Shown piece by piece: positions 1-12,200 of a DNA stretch of 64,000 bases. Source of the stretch: Glaucostegus cemiculus (lineage: Eukaryota); the NCBI GenBank assembly GCA_976551045.1, contig CDPCPM010000239.1, positions 2,418,001 to 2,482,000 of the forward strand. The letters run 5' to 3'. The position numbers and the translations under genes were made by a program. A model generated the notes under the pieces. That model did not search any database, was not told the DNA's origin, and saw nothing but the letters and a program-made list of their open reading frames with translations. Every line of letters starts with the position of its first letter. The first letter of the stretch is position 1.

Positions 1-999
1 ATGTAATCCGCTCTCTGTGGAACATTTCCAGTGGAATATCTAATGATACGGAACAAGAAATCCAACTAATTTCCTCTAACAACAATCTATCTCATTCAGT
101 GCAACCCAGGCACCTTGGAGACCAGGTTAACAGGAAAATAACCACGGTCCTCTCAGCCTGCTCATCGACGTCGAGCAACTGTAGAGTAAGAAAGATGTGT
201 TTATAGAAGGTCTTAACAGATTTCCCAGAAAAGTCTCAAAAGCACTTGATGTTGAATGATTACTTTGAAGTGCAGTGGCTTTTGAAGTATGGCAAATGCA
301 TAATAATTTCAGCGCTGGAATGGTGGTAAATGTCTTGTTAAAATTTAAATCATATATATTTGCCATTATGGAATAGGAATATAGGGAGAGGACCAGATTA
401 TTTAGTCCTGCATGTCTGTTTTGGCTTTGAGTGTGGTCATGGTTTACTTGTGACATAATTCAAGGTACCCACTTCTGCCTCATTATCATAACCATTTTGG
501 TTAACAAAAAGCCATCACACACTTAAAATTAACATGACTAAACTTCAATTTCTATTTATTGAAAGGAAAAAAAATACTTGATACTGTTTTTGTTCCTTAA
601 CTTCAATCCTTTTTCTATTTTAGTCACTGCTACCAAACCTAGAATCAGCAGCAATAGTTTCTGTCTGCGCCATTGGATTCCTTTCTTTTCTTGAAAACAT
701 CACTCAACTCATCTTGTTAACTTTTAACTTCAAAGGAATGCAGTCTTAGAGTCATAAATCTGCACCTATTCCCTTACTAAAGTTTAGTGTGTAGAACAGC
801 TCACTGTACACCAGGCATTGGAAAACTATAACATAATTCCTAGCCACTTGTATTCCATTTCTCTGGATAAGAAAGCATGCAATCTCTGAATGTTCTTTTC
901 TGTGGCAGTTCATAATTTTTAAGTAGTCTAAGTGACTGGGCCCCTAATTTTCATTGGACTGTCACTATTTCTTAGTTTTCATCATTTAAAAGTTACTCT

Positions 1000-1560
1000 T
1001 TTATTCTTTTCAAGTTCAAAATGGATCACCTTCCATTTAGTCTATATTCAGATGGATATTCAACAGCTTTGCCCATTTGTTTGACTTGTTAAATATCTCA
1101 TGGTAATGCAGGGCTTCCAACTATGCTGTTTGCAGCACTGCATCTTTTGATGCTTTTAGCAAACTCAGAGATCTGACTTTCTATCCCATCCTTCAAATGG
1201 TCAGCAAATAGGGTGAATAGTTGAGGTCCCAACAGAGAGACTTGTGGAATACAACTAGTCACCCATTGACATATAAATTATATTCCTCTGTCCACTAATT
1301 TCCCTCTCTTCAAAAAATTCAATGTTCATCAGTTATACCCTTTCCTTATGAATCCATGATGATTTTCTCTGTTCAGCAGAACATTTTCCAGGTCTTTAGT
1401 CATCCTTAGGGAATTAAGTGATTTCCTGACTGATCTATAATTCCCTTGGTTGATTTACAATTTCCTGGTTTCTCTTTCATATCTTTTTAGATAGCAGAGT
1501 GATCTGCACAATTTCCCAAAGGAAGCAATGGTTCCCAAGTTGAGAAGACTGGAGTTAGGA
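1000..1560 (-). mobile_element. Old CR1 LINE RT fragment
   Basis: Minus strand reads IPQVSLLGPQLFTLFADHL, resembling the CR1 GVPQGSVLGPLLFxIYINDL motif. Confidence 0.7.
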
Positions 1561-2186
1561 TATGTATAATGATCTGACCTACTTGCAATAATGCAATTAC
1601 AGGATTTAATTTTATCACCAACAATTAGGATTTGAGTCCTCCAGTGGCTCAGTAACTTATCAAGAGAGTATATTAGGTAAAAAGATTAGAAAGCTCTCTG
1701 GTTCAATTCCAGATTTAAGTTATTGTTGAGATTCATGCATGAATGTAACTAAATGTTTGAGTCATCGATGCCCATGAAACCTTGCCCCTGCTGAGGAGTT
1801 AGTGCCAGGGATGGAGGTTACTGGATGCATGTTTGGCAAGAAAGAATAACATTTGTTTATACTATTGAGGAAACATTGCTTTCTATAAAATTTAACAAGT
1901 ATGATTTTGAAAACTCATTTACACACATTAACTATTAAGATTGAAAAGCTCAGCATTGAAAATGAAGCAGTGGAAACAAATGAAATTGCATAGCTGAAAC
2001 TAATCTAACTACTTGAGGAACTGATATTCCAATGTAATTTTTGTATTATGCCCATAGTTAATCTGGTTTCCTCTGCACTATAACCAATAAATACACAGAT
2101 ATAGCATTGGGCATTGTACTTTTTCTATACCATGAGATCCTTAGTCCCTCCCTTAATGATGACTTTAACAATCTTGTTTTCTTCAG

Positions 2187-2294
2187 CCTGGTGTTACTAG
2201 TATTTCTGAATATGATGCTGTTTTACAAGCTGTGGATGTTGGAGTATACAACGCAGAGTCTCACTACTTGGCATGGGATCAGGCTCCAGGAGAG
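2187..2294 (+). CDS. GRAMD1B: GRAMD1B (Aster-B) internal exon: TM helix and start of luminal region
   Basis: Acceptor ttttcttcag, donor AG|gtattt. Encodes LVLLVFLNMMLFYKLWMLEYTTQSLTTWHGIRLQE, closely matching human LVLLVILNMMLFYKLWMLEYTTQTLTAWQGLRLQE. Phase 2 end joins the next exon. Confidence 0.96.
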
Positions 2295-3225
2295 GTATTT
2301 GTTCCTTTCTTTTTACCTAAGTAAGATCTACTTAAAAGAAACTTAACAAAATAGCTGTCTTCATTTGGTACTGGACTATAACTGTGCTTTCCTCATGCAC
2401 TCTGAGAAGTTTATATCTTGTGACAGTGATGTGGGAAATATCTTTATATTTTCATTTCCTGTGATTGGATTTTAAGGCCAACAGCAAAGCTTGGTAAAAG
2501 CAGAAATTATGTATTTTTCATAACCCAGCATTTGAACCAACTGGACTGTGGTGATGTTTATGCTCCACAGTTTTTCCCACCTATCTTCACCTCACTTCAT
2601 CATTATATCTTCCTATTTCTTTCTCTATCACATGTTTATCTGGCTTCCCTGTAAATATATATTAATGCTAGCCACTCTTTGATTTAAGGAATTTCACATT
2701 CTTATTAATCTCCAAGTAAAAAAGGTTTGTATGGATTTCCTTTCTGGATTTATTAGTGTACATCTCATGTTATGGAATAGAGCTCGGATCTCCACAGTCC
2801 CTTCACCTGAAAGAGATTTATTAATTCACCCCTATTCTTCTCCTTCTAGAGGAAAATAAAGTTCCAGGACTTTACTATTTATTATTTTCCAAATGAGTAT
2901 AATCAATAAAGCAGCCAACTGGGTTAAACTGAAATGCATATATTTTTGGTAAGTAAGGATATCATGGGATATAGACCAAAGGCAGACAAATGGAGTTGAT
3001 GTACCAGTTAGCCATGATCTAAGAAAATGGTGGAACAAGCTCAATGGCCAATGTCCTTACCTCTATCCTATGTGAATTTATGACTATGCATACAAAAAAA
3101 TGAGATTACATGTCATATGACTTGGCCTGCAGCGTAAGTCCAGAGATCTACAAAACTGAGTCAACATTGGGGTTTAGAAATAGAAAACAGAAAATGCTGG
3201 AAAAACTCAGCAGGTCATAAGAACT

Positions 3226-3264
3226 CAGTTCTGATGAAGGGTATTCGACCTGAAAGATTAACTG
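3226..3264 (+). ncRNA. Minimal type I hammerhead ribozyme motif (Penelope-associated)
   Basis: cagtt-CTGATGA-agggtattcgacct-GAAA-ga-TT-aactg: stem I cagtt/aactg, stem II agg...cct, intact core boxes, vestigial stem III. Confidence 0.6.
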
Positions 3265-3361
3265 TTTCACTTTCCACAGATGGAAATTAAATAAAACTGC
3301 ATATGCTGGAATCTGAACAAAAACCAGTAATTCAGGAAGAACTCAGCCAGTTAAGTAACAT

Positions 3362-3479
3362 TAGATAAGATACAATATCTTTATTAGTCACATATACATC
3401 GAAACACACAGTGAAATGCATCTTTGCATAGAATGTTCTGGGGGTAGCCCATAGGTGTCCGCCGCTTCCGGTGCCAACA
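3362..3479 (-). mobile_element. 3' tail of a SINE/LINE, same as the tail of the V-SINE at 39867
   Basis: atctttattagtcacat...cagtgaaatg...gttctggggg...gccaac is shared with 39867-39970. Confidence 0.8.
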
Positions 3480-3544
3480 GTTTCCAAAGCAGAGTGTAAT
3501 GCAAAACAAAAGACTATATAGAGATAGGTTAAGAAGATCAGGTG

Positions 3545-3975
3545 TAATGGAAGGAAACTTTTCCTCCCACTCATACTCAATGGTTATGGGATGTTATCTT
3601 ATATCTAAATTTAGAGAAGATCTATTGCTCTATTTCTGGATCAATTCTGAACTTTCAAATATTATGGGGACATTTTTTGAACTACTTTCAAAACCACTGA
3701 TTTGGTGCTTAGTGTACAGGTATTGGCCTATACTACTATGTCTTTAGGATGCTATTAAACAGCTTTGGTTTTGGTAGTAGGGTTAGATTTTTTTTATGAT
3801 AAAATTATTCCAACTTATCAATATCAATTGATATCTTTTTTGTCTATCAATATGAAGCATTGTGATTTCTAGTGTGATTCAATACAATCTACTTTGTAAC
3901 ATGTTCTTTTTTCTCCCCTTTGTTTCATGCATTTTGTACTTATTTAAAATTAATAAAAATATTGAAAAAGAAAGA
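3545..3975 (+). mobile_element. 5'-truncated L1-clade LINE
   Basis: ORF2 C-terminus PPTHTQWLWDVILYLNLEKIYCSISGSILNFQILWGHFLNYF-stop; AATAAA and (GAAA)n tail; 14-bp TSD AAGAAGATCAGGTG at 3531-3544 and 3976-3989; TT/AAGAA target. Confidence 0.85.
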
Positions 3976-4879
3976 AAGAAGATCAGGTGCTAAGGAGCAT
4001 GAGTATTGATCTTTACTGTTCACAATGTGGCCTCCCCAACACTGGAGAAACCAAACAAAGATTGCGTGGCCATTTTACAGAGCACCTGTTCTCAGTTCAC
4101 AGTGGTATTCCTGAGTTTCCTGGTGCCTGCCCCTTTAATTCTCAATCCCATTCCAATTCTGACCTGTCAGCTTGAGGTTTCCTCCACTGCTATAGTGAGG
4201 CCCAATGTAAACTAGAGGAACAGCATGTTATCTTCCATCTAGGCACTTAGTAACCTTCTGGAATGAAGACTGAATCTTCCAATTTAAGATAAACTGCTCT
4301 CTCATCATTCCAGTTGTCATGCTTACGTCCTTTTTTCACCCTGTTTCTTTAGCATGTCTTGTTAACAGTCAGTACTCATGCTCTTTACATGATATGTCTG
4401 AACCAATCACCAGAAAGTCTTTTGTCTAACACCTCACCCCTCCTCCCAGCTCTGCTTTGATAAATGTAAACCCTCCACTCTCCTCCCAGTTCTGAGGAAG
4501 ACTTGCTGCCACAAAACATTCCACAACTGCTGCTTGACTGGCTGAGTTCTTCCAGCATTTCTGCGTTTGTTTCTCTTGCCACAGATGCTGCCTGACCTGC
4601 TGAGTTTTTCCAGCATTTTCTGTTTTTATTTCAGGTCTCTGCATTTGCAGATTTTTTGATTTTCATTGGGGTTTAGTCATGCTATAAGGTAATCAGTTAT
4701 CTACTTTACAGTTTCATAATTTATAAACAGCAGCACTTAGGACCCATACATGTAGTGAATATTTTTAATGGAATAAATGTGTATTCTTAAAAACTCTTCA
4801 GATTAACGACAGTTGCCTGAGCAAAACTAATGTATTCTTGTGAAATTAAGAAATTGATCAACCAAATATATATTAATGA

Positions 4880-5340
4880 TTAGTTGACATGGATTTCAAA
4901 AGGAAAGCTCTTGCTTGACAAACTTAATTGAATTACTTGAGTTGGTAGGTAATGTTAATGCAGTGAATATATTGATAAATATATCAACAAATTTCCCAGT
5001 ATCCTTCAATAAGGTAACACATAATAGACTATTGAATGTCAGTGCATGCAGAGTCAGAGGACCAGTATCAGAATGGTTAGCCAGCTGGCTGCATGTTAGA
5101 GCAAGAGCACCTATTCAAAGTACAAAATTTGAGAAGTAGTATCTCCCAGGATTAGTGTTGGGACCACAGTTGTTCAGAATTTATATTAACATGAGCACAA
5201 TTTCTAAATTTGTGATGTCACCAAATTGGGTGAGATGTTCAACACTGAGGAAGGTGGCAGCGATAAATTTGCAGAGTGGACACATAATTACATTTGACAA
5301 ATTAATATCAACATGCCTAAATGTAAGGTTTATATTTTCG
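4880..5340 (+). mobile_element. CR1 LINE RT fragment
   Basis: HGFxKGKSCLTNLIE-like, FNKVTHNRLL and SVLGPQLFRIYIN motifs. Confidence 0.8.
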
Positions 5341-5349
5341 TATGAATAA

Positions 5350-5520
5350 TATAGTCATAGGGTTATATGGCATAGAAACAGGCCCTTCGGCCCAACTGGT
5401 CCATACTGACTAAGGTACCCCATCCAAGCCTGTCCCGTTTACCAGCATTTGGCCCATAACTTATGAACCTTTCCAATCCATGTACCTGTCCAACTGTCTG
5501 TTAGTAAGGAAATTGTACTT
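5350..5520 (-). mobile_element. CR1 3' end
   Basis: atagaaacaggcccttcggcccaac is the reverse complement of the CR1 3' terminus, also seen at ~7030, 33670, 49300 and 63790. Confidence 0.75.
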
Positions 5521-7148
5521 CTAATTTTTAGGTCTGAATCAAAATGAAGGATGTGAGGAAACTGAAGTGGGGTACAAACACCAGTATGGATTGGTTTGGG
5601 CCAAATTTTCTGTTGTATGTACTTAAAAAAAGTCATAACAAGTCACATATATCTGATTTCTTCTTATAGGATGTTAGGGTCTTGGATATTGTGAATATTG
5701 ACCATCTTTTTATATGGCATTGTAACAGTTTACTCTGAAGTGCAACTTCCTTGTGAAACAGTCAAATTAAACCAATTGCACCACTAACCTGAAAGATTCT
5801 TGCCAAACGCATACCAGAGCAGTAATTAAACAGTTGATGAAAGAAACATAAAAGAATCAGAAATTTTGCAAACTTACTATGCACAAATAATGATTGTAGA
5901 CTACAATCAATTGAAAATAATCATAATTTAATTGCAACTATTTATATTGCACAAATGATGTTGATCAGTGGGCAGAGGTACATTCATTCATGAAGATACT
6001 AATATCAGTGCTGTTATCTGGAAACAAACTATTTTTGTGAGCACCATTTCCTGCACAGTTGGGACTATTGGTCTAATGAAATAATGTGGCATTTATTTCT
6101 TCTGACTTAAGAGCTTTCAAGTATATAGTTTCCTCCTTCGAGACAGAAATATATGTTTAAACTCATTTATCAGTCAATATTGTTGAATTTTACATTATAG
6201 ATAATAGTCAAGGTCGAGGCAGAGTTGATGGTATTAGAGAAAATTGAAATCCCGTGTCTACAAAGTATTCCACCTATACTAAACCTTAGCATCTTGATCT
6301 GTAACATTTTTGAAATGAAGTGACAGAAATTGATTAGGGAGGATGGACGGTGGCCAAGACCAGGGGAGGAGATATGAGGGAGGCTGGCATCAAGATATCA
6401 GAAGGGTGACTTGGGGTGGTGGGGGGAAGGGAGAGCCAGGTGGGAGGCAGTTAGGAATGTTGAGCAGCTCAGAAGTGCACAGATGTTGGGATGGATTTGG
6501 GGAGTTGTGGGCAACAATTCAGCTCTCTAGTCTGAAGGTCAGCCAGGATTAAGACCCTGTTGTCCAAGAGCCCACTGACAATGAGGTGCAAATTCCCCAG
6601 CCATGTTCCTGGAGGAGCATTGCACAAGGAATGACCTCATCCTGTGCACCCAGGTAGGAAGTTCACTTCCGGTCATAAGGATGATGCCCAATCGATATGC
6701 TGGGTTGAATTTCAGAAGTGGCATCATTTAAACTGGAAATGATCACAAAAAATATTTACTGCTGGTTAATAAATTTTCATTTCTATGTTGCTGAAAAATT
6801 AAGTACTATGCATTTATAAGCAAATTATTGATTTGCACTGTTTATAATTTATATTGGATCTGGCCAATTTTGGAAAAAAAAATTGGCTGAAACTGCCAGG
6901 GTTGTGGCAGGTGTTGCAGCACACCAGGGAATAAACTTGTTGATGCTGTCAAATTAAGATGGCTTTATGATAGAAATTTTTCAGCCCTCTAATTATAAAA
7001 TGGGTTGAACACCACCTGCCACAGTCCTACTTGGGCTGAAGGGCCTGTTTCCATGCTGTATAACTCAATGACTCTGTGTCTCTAGTTCCCACAATATTTG
7101 GTCCATATCCCCCAAGCTATTCTTACTTTTTCCTTCTATTCCATACAG

Positions 7149-7269
7149 CAAACTGCCCCAGTCTCAGGTGGAATGGGCCCAGTTATTAGAGTCACAACAG
7201 CGTTACCACGATGCTGAACTACAGAAATGGAGAGACATTTTAAAATCATCAGTGGTGCTTCTAGATCAG
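7149..7269 (+). CDS. GRAMD1B: GRAMD1B penultimate coding exon (C-terminal amphipathic/coiled-coil region)
   Basis: Acceptor ccatacag, donor CAG|gtgatt. Encodes (S)KLPQSQVEWAQLLESQQRYHDAELQKWRDILKSSVVLLDQ; phases fit both neighbouring exons. Confidence 0.96.
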
Positions 7270-9024
7270 GTGATTGCTTTCTCATTGGCAGGTACAGTTG
7301 TACCTAATACATGGTTGTGGGACCAGGTCTACACTGCAACTCTGACAGTAAGCAAGAACCAACCTGTTTTGAAGAGTTATTTGAGTGTTCATCCCTCCCG
7401 CTATTGTTTCTAAAAAGTGTATAGAATGAATACAAATATTTTCAAATTTGTGGCCTGTTTAACCCTCAATTAATTAACTGTATTACGGCAATCATCACTG
7501 AAAAACTGATGGTCTAATAGGTTTGGTTATCAAAGCATGTCCTTGCTGATACAAAATTCTTTGCTCTCTAATAACTTCTATGCATATCGGGCGGCGACTC
7601 ACACCTCTCCCTGAATTGCAGTTAATATAGATTTAGATACTCTACAAATTGTCACAAAATTGAAAATATATTCAGTTTTATTGACTTTTTAGATGTAAAT
7701 GAAGAATGCCTCTCTAAGGTTAGGGATAGGATAATCTCATGGGACAAAGTCGAGATAGCTTTAATCTGCATCTCAGCTGACTATAACTACAAGTGCTAGC
7801 TTTTAACATTGGTGCTGAGGATCCACACTGCCCCCTCTTTGGTTGGGAGACATCTACAACAGACCAACCTGCTTCTAAGGTGCCCACCCCCCTCCCCCCA
7901 CTCAACCAGGGCTATATAAATGTAAGAGCCATGACTTCCTGGCATTTGCACCACTCTGTGAGGAAGGTTTGCCACAGATGACTTCACATCCTTTAATCTT
8001 CAACCTCTTCCTCCCCTCCTTTCACCCTATACCCCCTGGGAAATGTTTCACTGAGTTGATGGAGCTGGCCACCAGAAAGTGACAAGAAGATGAGACAGTG
8101 GACGATAGCTTCAAATAGCTTTACCACAACAGAAACAGTGAAACAACAGTATAGGGTGGGGTATCTGAAAGAAGGTGGAGTTTCATTACTGACACTGTTG
8201 TCTTTTAAGTACAAACTTCATCAAATTCAAGTGAAGTTGTTCTTGGATCTGGAGATCCTACAAAAACGCACTTCATTGTCTGATCTCATTCTGCATGAGT
8301 GCAGCTGCACAGTGTGAAAAGCAGTAGCTGTAAATCCTGAAGGCGTTGTACCCACATTAATCTGGCCTTCACTAAAATAGCAGCTGTGACTGACAAGAGG
8401 ATCCATGGGTCTGTGATTCGCAATATGGTTCCAGTAAACTATTTGGCAATGATCATAGATCTTAGATGCAAGAAAGATTAACCCTTCCAGAGAATGCGAG
8501 ATTCTTTTGCACTCAACCAGCAAGGAAAATGAACATTTATTTCGCTTCTATTAAATTTTAACATTGTTTTTTCCTTCTAATTAGACCACCTAATTAGAAC
8601 ACCAAGACTTGGGAGATCACATGGAGAAAATTAAACATAAAATTCCTACCAATTACCAGAAGAGATATTTAAAGAATATTTCCTCAACAAGCCTCTTGAA
8701 TGTTATAATGTACTGAGATAGTTGGTTTGAAAATTATATTTCTTGTGCATGGTTTCACCCTAATGAAAATCATTTTCTTTCACTTCTTTGCTGAGACTGC
8801 TCTTTTTTTTGTCATTGTCCAGTAGGAGCAAAATTTGTTGTGACGCTTCCTTTATTATTTGCCGTGTCTGTTATACACATAGAAATGAAATTGAGATTTT
8901 GCTCACTTTCAAGGCATGGCCTTTACCAGGCTAGATTCGAGCTTCCTTTGCATATAATCCTAATGTAAATTAAGCTGGTCTGATAGATTCTGGAATTTCA
9001 CCTCTTCTCTAATTTATCCTACAG

Positions 9025-9111
9025 ATGAGAAACTCGTTAATATCGCTACAAAAAGGTATTGGTTTGCGTGATTACAGTTCAGAAACAGACAAGCATGATC
9101 GATTTCACTGA
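9025..9111 (+). CDS. GRAMD1B: GRAMD1B terminal coding exon
   Basis: Acceptor tttatcctacag. Encodes MRNSLISLQKGIGLRDYSSETDKHDRFH-TGA, similar to human MKDSLINLQNGIRSRDYTSESEEKRNRYH. Confidence 0.95.
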   Translation: MRNSLISLQKGIGLRDYSSETDKHDRFH

Positions 9112-9154
9112 CGGGCATTACCAAGGCTGAAGAGGGAATTGTGTGCAATATATG

Positions 9155-9159
<5 letters not shown>

Positions 9160-9213
<54 letters not shown>
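9160..9213. repeat. (TA)n microsatellite, ~27 units
   Basis: Directly visible, ~50 nt downstream of the GRAMD1B stop. Confidence 0.98.
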
Positions 9214-9219
<6 letters not shown>

Positions 9220-12200
9220 AAACAAAAAGACACTGGAACCGCAGGCTGAGTTGGATCCCCAGGATTTCTGCCCCAATCAGCAAATTCACAATTGACAAAA
9301 CCAAGATCCTGCACTGATATAAAAACTGTAGCAGAACTACTGAAGCATTGTGGGAAACAACAGCCACACTAATCTGCCTACACACTCCTGTTATAAATCC
9401 TAGAACATTGTACTGTAAGTGTAACATCTCACAAAAGCATGTAATAATCTGTAGACTGTCTCTTTTATGGAAGGTATGTAGCTGAAATACCATGTGATCT
9501 TTGTTTAAAATAAGGTATTCATCAGACAGAGATAGGAGCAGGGTGAGGATCTTGAAGCTGTTACTGGTTAATTGTGCCTGCAGAAACACCGGATACATCT
9601 TAGTTAATATTAACAAAATTAATCCAATATATTGATTCTGGCTCAGAGTGAATGGTTTAAGAAACTGTGAATATCTGTATTGAAAAAACTTGAAGATTTT
9701 CTAAGTTACAAGTGAAAAGTAACTGGAATCCTGATGCAACTGACTTAGTTATTTATTATTGTTAAAAACAGTCTAAACAATCTATCATAGGCAGGTCCAA
9801 CAATATATAGAGCAAAAGTGTGTTCTGCTCTGATATCCTCATGGCAGCATGTCTATGAGTTGCAGATCGCTCATCTGATACTTGCAGAGAGCATGTGTGA
9901 AGCCTGATTATGAAGCATTCTGTGTTTTATGGTGAAATGGTATCAGTTCGTCAGAGATGAGTTTCATGATCAGCACTGTTAACATAGTGGGGCACCTACA
10001 AGAGAAGTGTGGGACCCCTGAGAAATGTGATGTGTTTAACTGTGCTGCAGAGGTATGGCATGGTAGTCCAATCAATTTTAAATTTCCTGGTTGTCTGGTG
10101 GAAAATTTAAGAATTAGAGATTAGTGTAGTTAATCTATAAATATTCCAGACTGAAAACATTAAAATGATTTCATTTTTCCAACAGAAATCAATAAGCCAG
10201 ACATTAAGAAAAGGAAAATTTTAAAGATTTGTCTTAAAGATCATTGTGGAATTTGATTCACAGATCTGACAGGATCTTATTAAATGCAGTGAGACTTTTG
10301 AGTGTCCTGACACTTGATGATATCTGTTACTGGAAAAGCATAGAAATTGTGCTGTGCACTTGCTAATCCAGTATATGACAGATGCAATATTTAGTGACCA
10401 AAATTCAATGTAGTTGTCTTATTAGAACAGAAATCCAGGCAGTTGTAAGTGCAAAACGATGCATGCTGTGTGATGGGATAGGTGCAGAATTGATGAAACC
10501 AAGTAGCAACAGTCAAGTGGTTTAATCCACTCCACACTGAACTAGTGGATGCTGTCCCTTTAACTTTTGGTGGGCATTTTGCATTAATAATGCAAGAATA
10601 AAACAGATTCAAAGTGGATTTCTAAAATGAATATGGCCTGTTAAAATACAATCTTTAAACATGGGTCCACGAAATTTGGTGCTCACCTATGAGCTGTTTG
10701 GGTATGAACAAATAATTAGCTATTAATATAGTCCAAGAAAATAAAAATTTAAATAGGTTTTAAATAAAAAATTACATCAGTACTAATGTGTGAACTGATT
10801 GAATTGGAAGATATGGTGTAAGGGTTAACAGGTGGAGAATCGCCTCTTCATTTTGTTCAAAGATTTGATCATTCATTTATGACAATTCTTTTCAATAAAA
10901 ATCCCTGAGCTGATGTAATTAAAGTTGGTGGGCCAAACTGAGGGGGTGTTAGGGAATTTTGGCATTTTGAAACAAAATAATTTTGATGAATTTAATACTC
11001 CTCAGTGTGAAATTTGTGGCATCTTGGCCTGTGTGTTTCACGGGCAGTTGTATTACTCTCCAGCATTATAGATTGTGTTAGGAATACTTACTAGTCAAAT
11101 GAAAAACTGAAATTTCAAAGACATCCAATAATTTCTGGAATGAAAACTTGCCGATTTAGATTTATTAAATATACATGAACTCCAGTAACTAACTATATAA
11201 ATACACCTTATCTAAGGGTGTTTTGTCTGGACGATTATTAGATAAGTGATAAAGCTGCCAATATCTACCTTTTCAGTAGAGTCAGAAAAAGTAAGATTTG
11301 ATGTTAAATTTGAGGTGCTTTTAATGTGACTGGTACAAGATTTTAAAAGGAAAAGGTTGCTTTCTAAAATGAACAAAGCATTCTATTGGTCAGACATTTT
11401 TGCTGCCAATCAGAAATTATTTAGCAATATTTATTCCGTTAAGAAGTGATGTGAATGGCCAGTCAGTTGACTGCATGTTATATTGTGCAGACAGATATGC
11501 CTAAGTGCACTATTTCCACCTAAAAACTGAATTTTTCAGTGGTTTGGATTGTGTAGCCCACAATGTTTTGTCTTAAGGACATGCCTAATGTGAACCATGT
11601 CCCTGATCTTAAATTGTTGGGAATATTGAGAAAGGCAGTGTCTGATTGCTATGTAGATTTTGGATGGCAAATGCTGACAAATCCATTTCTAACTAAATTA
11701 TGGCATCATATTTTCTTTTAGCAGGTCATCCTCATTCAGTGCTGCATTCACTCATTCACTTTTGTTTTTTTTAATTGAACATTGCTTCTACACTCAACAA
11801 GACTAGAAGAATCATAAATCTTTGTAGTATGCCACTGAGCAGATTCAGTAGGTTGTGTTTGTGATGTTATTCACTCCATATATAGCATCATGTTGATGAG
11901 TATGAGCTTTCCTTGTTGTGCTATAGTAGTAACTTATTTTTTTTTAAATTCTGGATTACACTTTTGTTGCCTTTAATATTTAATTTCATTTTTTTCAATT
12001 ATGAGATACAAACTAGTCAGAAAATAGATTTGCACTGTAGAAGAAAAAATTGGATATCTTGATAGTGTCCAGCTGCTTATGCTCATTATATTTTTATTTC
12101 TGTGCTTGGTATGGTATAGGATTGCCAGAATATAATGAACTGATTTGAATCTTTTGTTTTTAAATTAGCTAATATATGTGGCTAGTTTTGTTCTTAGTGT

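Larger units (their letters stand above)
3178..4663 (+). mobile_element. Penelope-like element (GIY-YIG remnant, inverted terminus) with nested insertions
   Basis: 13-bp TSD CATTGGGGTTTAG at 3165-3177 and 4664-4676. GIY-YIG-region remnant CSQCGLPNTGETKQRL...KLEEQHVIFHLGT at ~4010-4290. 3178-3218 is an inverted copy of ~4593-4631. Confidence 0.85.

Noticed and set aside
3-206. Open frame with a gtaaga donor-like site, as a possible GRAMD1B exon
   Set aside because: No similarity to GRAMD1B, and its phase 0 end is incompatible with the phase 2 start at 2187.
9310-9317. miR-148/152 8-mer site (TGCACTGA) and scattered miR-33-like sites in the GRAMD1B UTR
   Set aside because: Such short matches can arise by chance in a 6 kb UTR, and conservation cannot be assessed here.
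9014-9616. 200-aa minus-strand ORF
   Set aside because: Antisense to the GRAMD1B last exon and UTR, runs through (TA)n giving YIYIY repeats, and resembles no protein I recognise.
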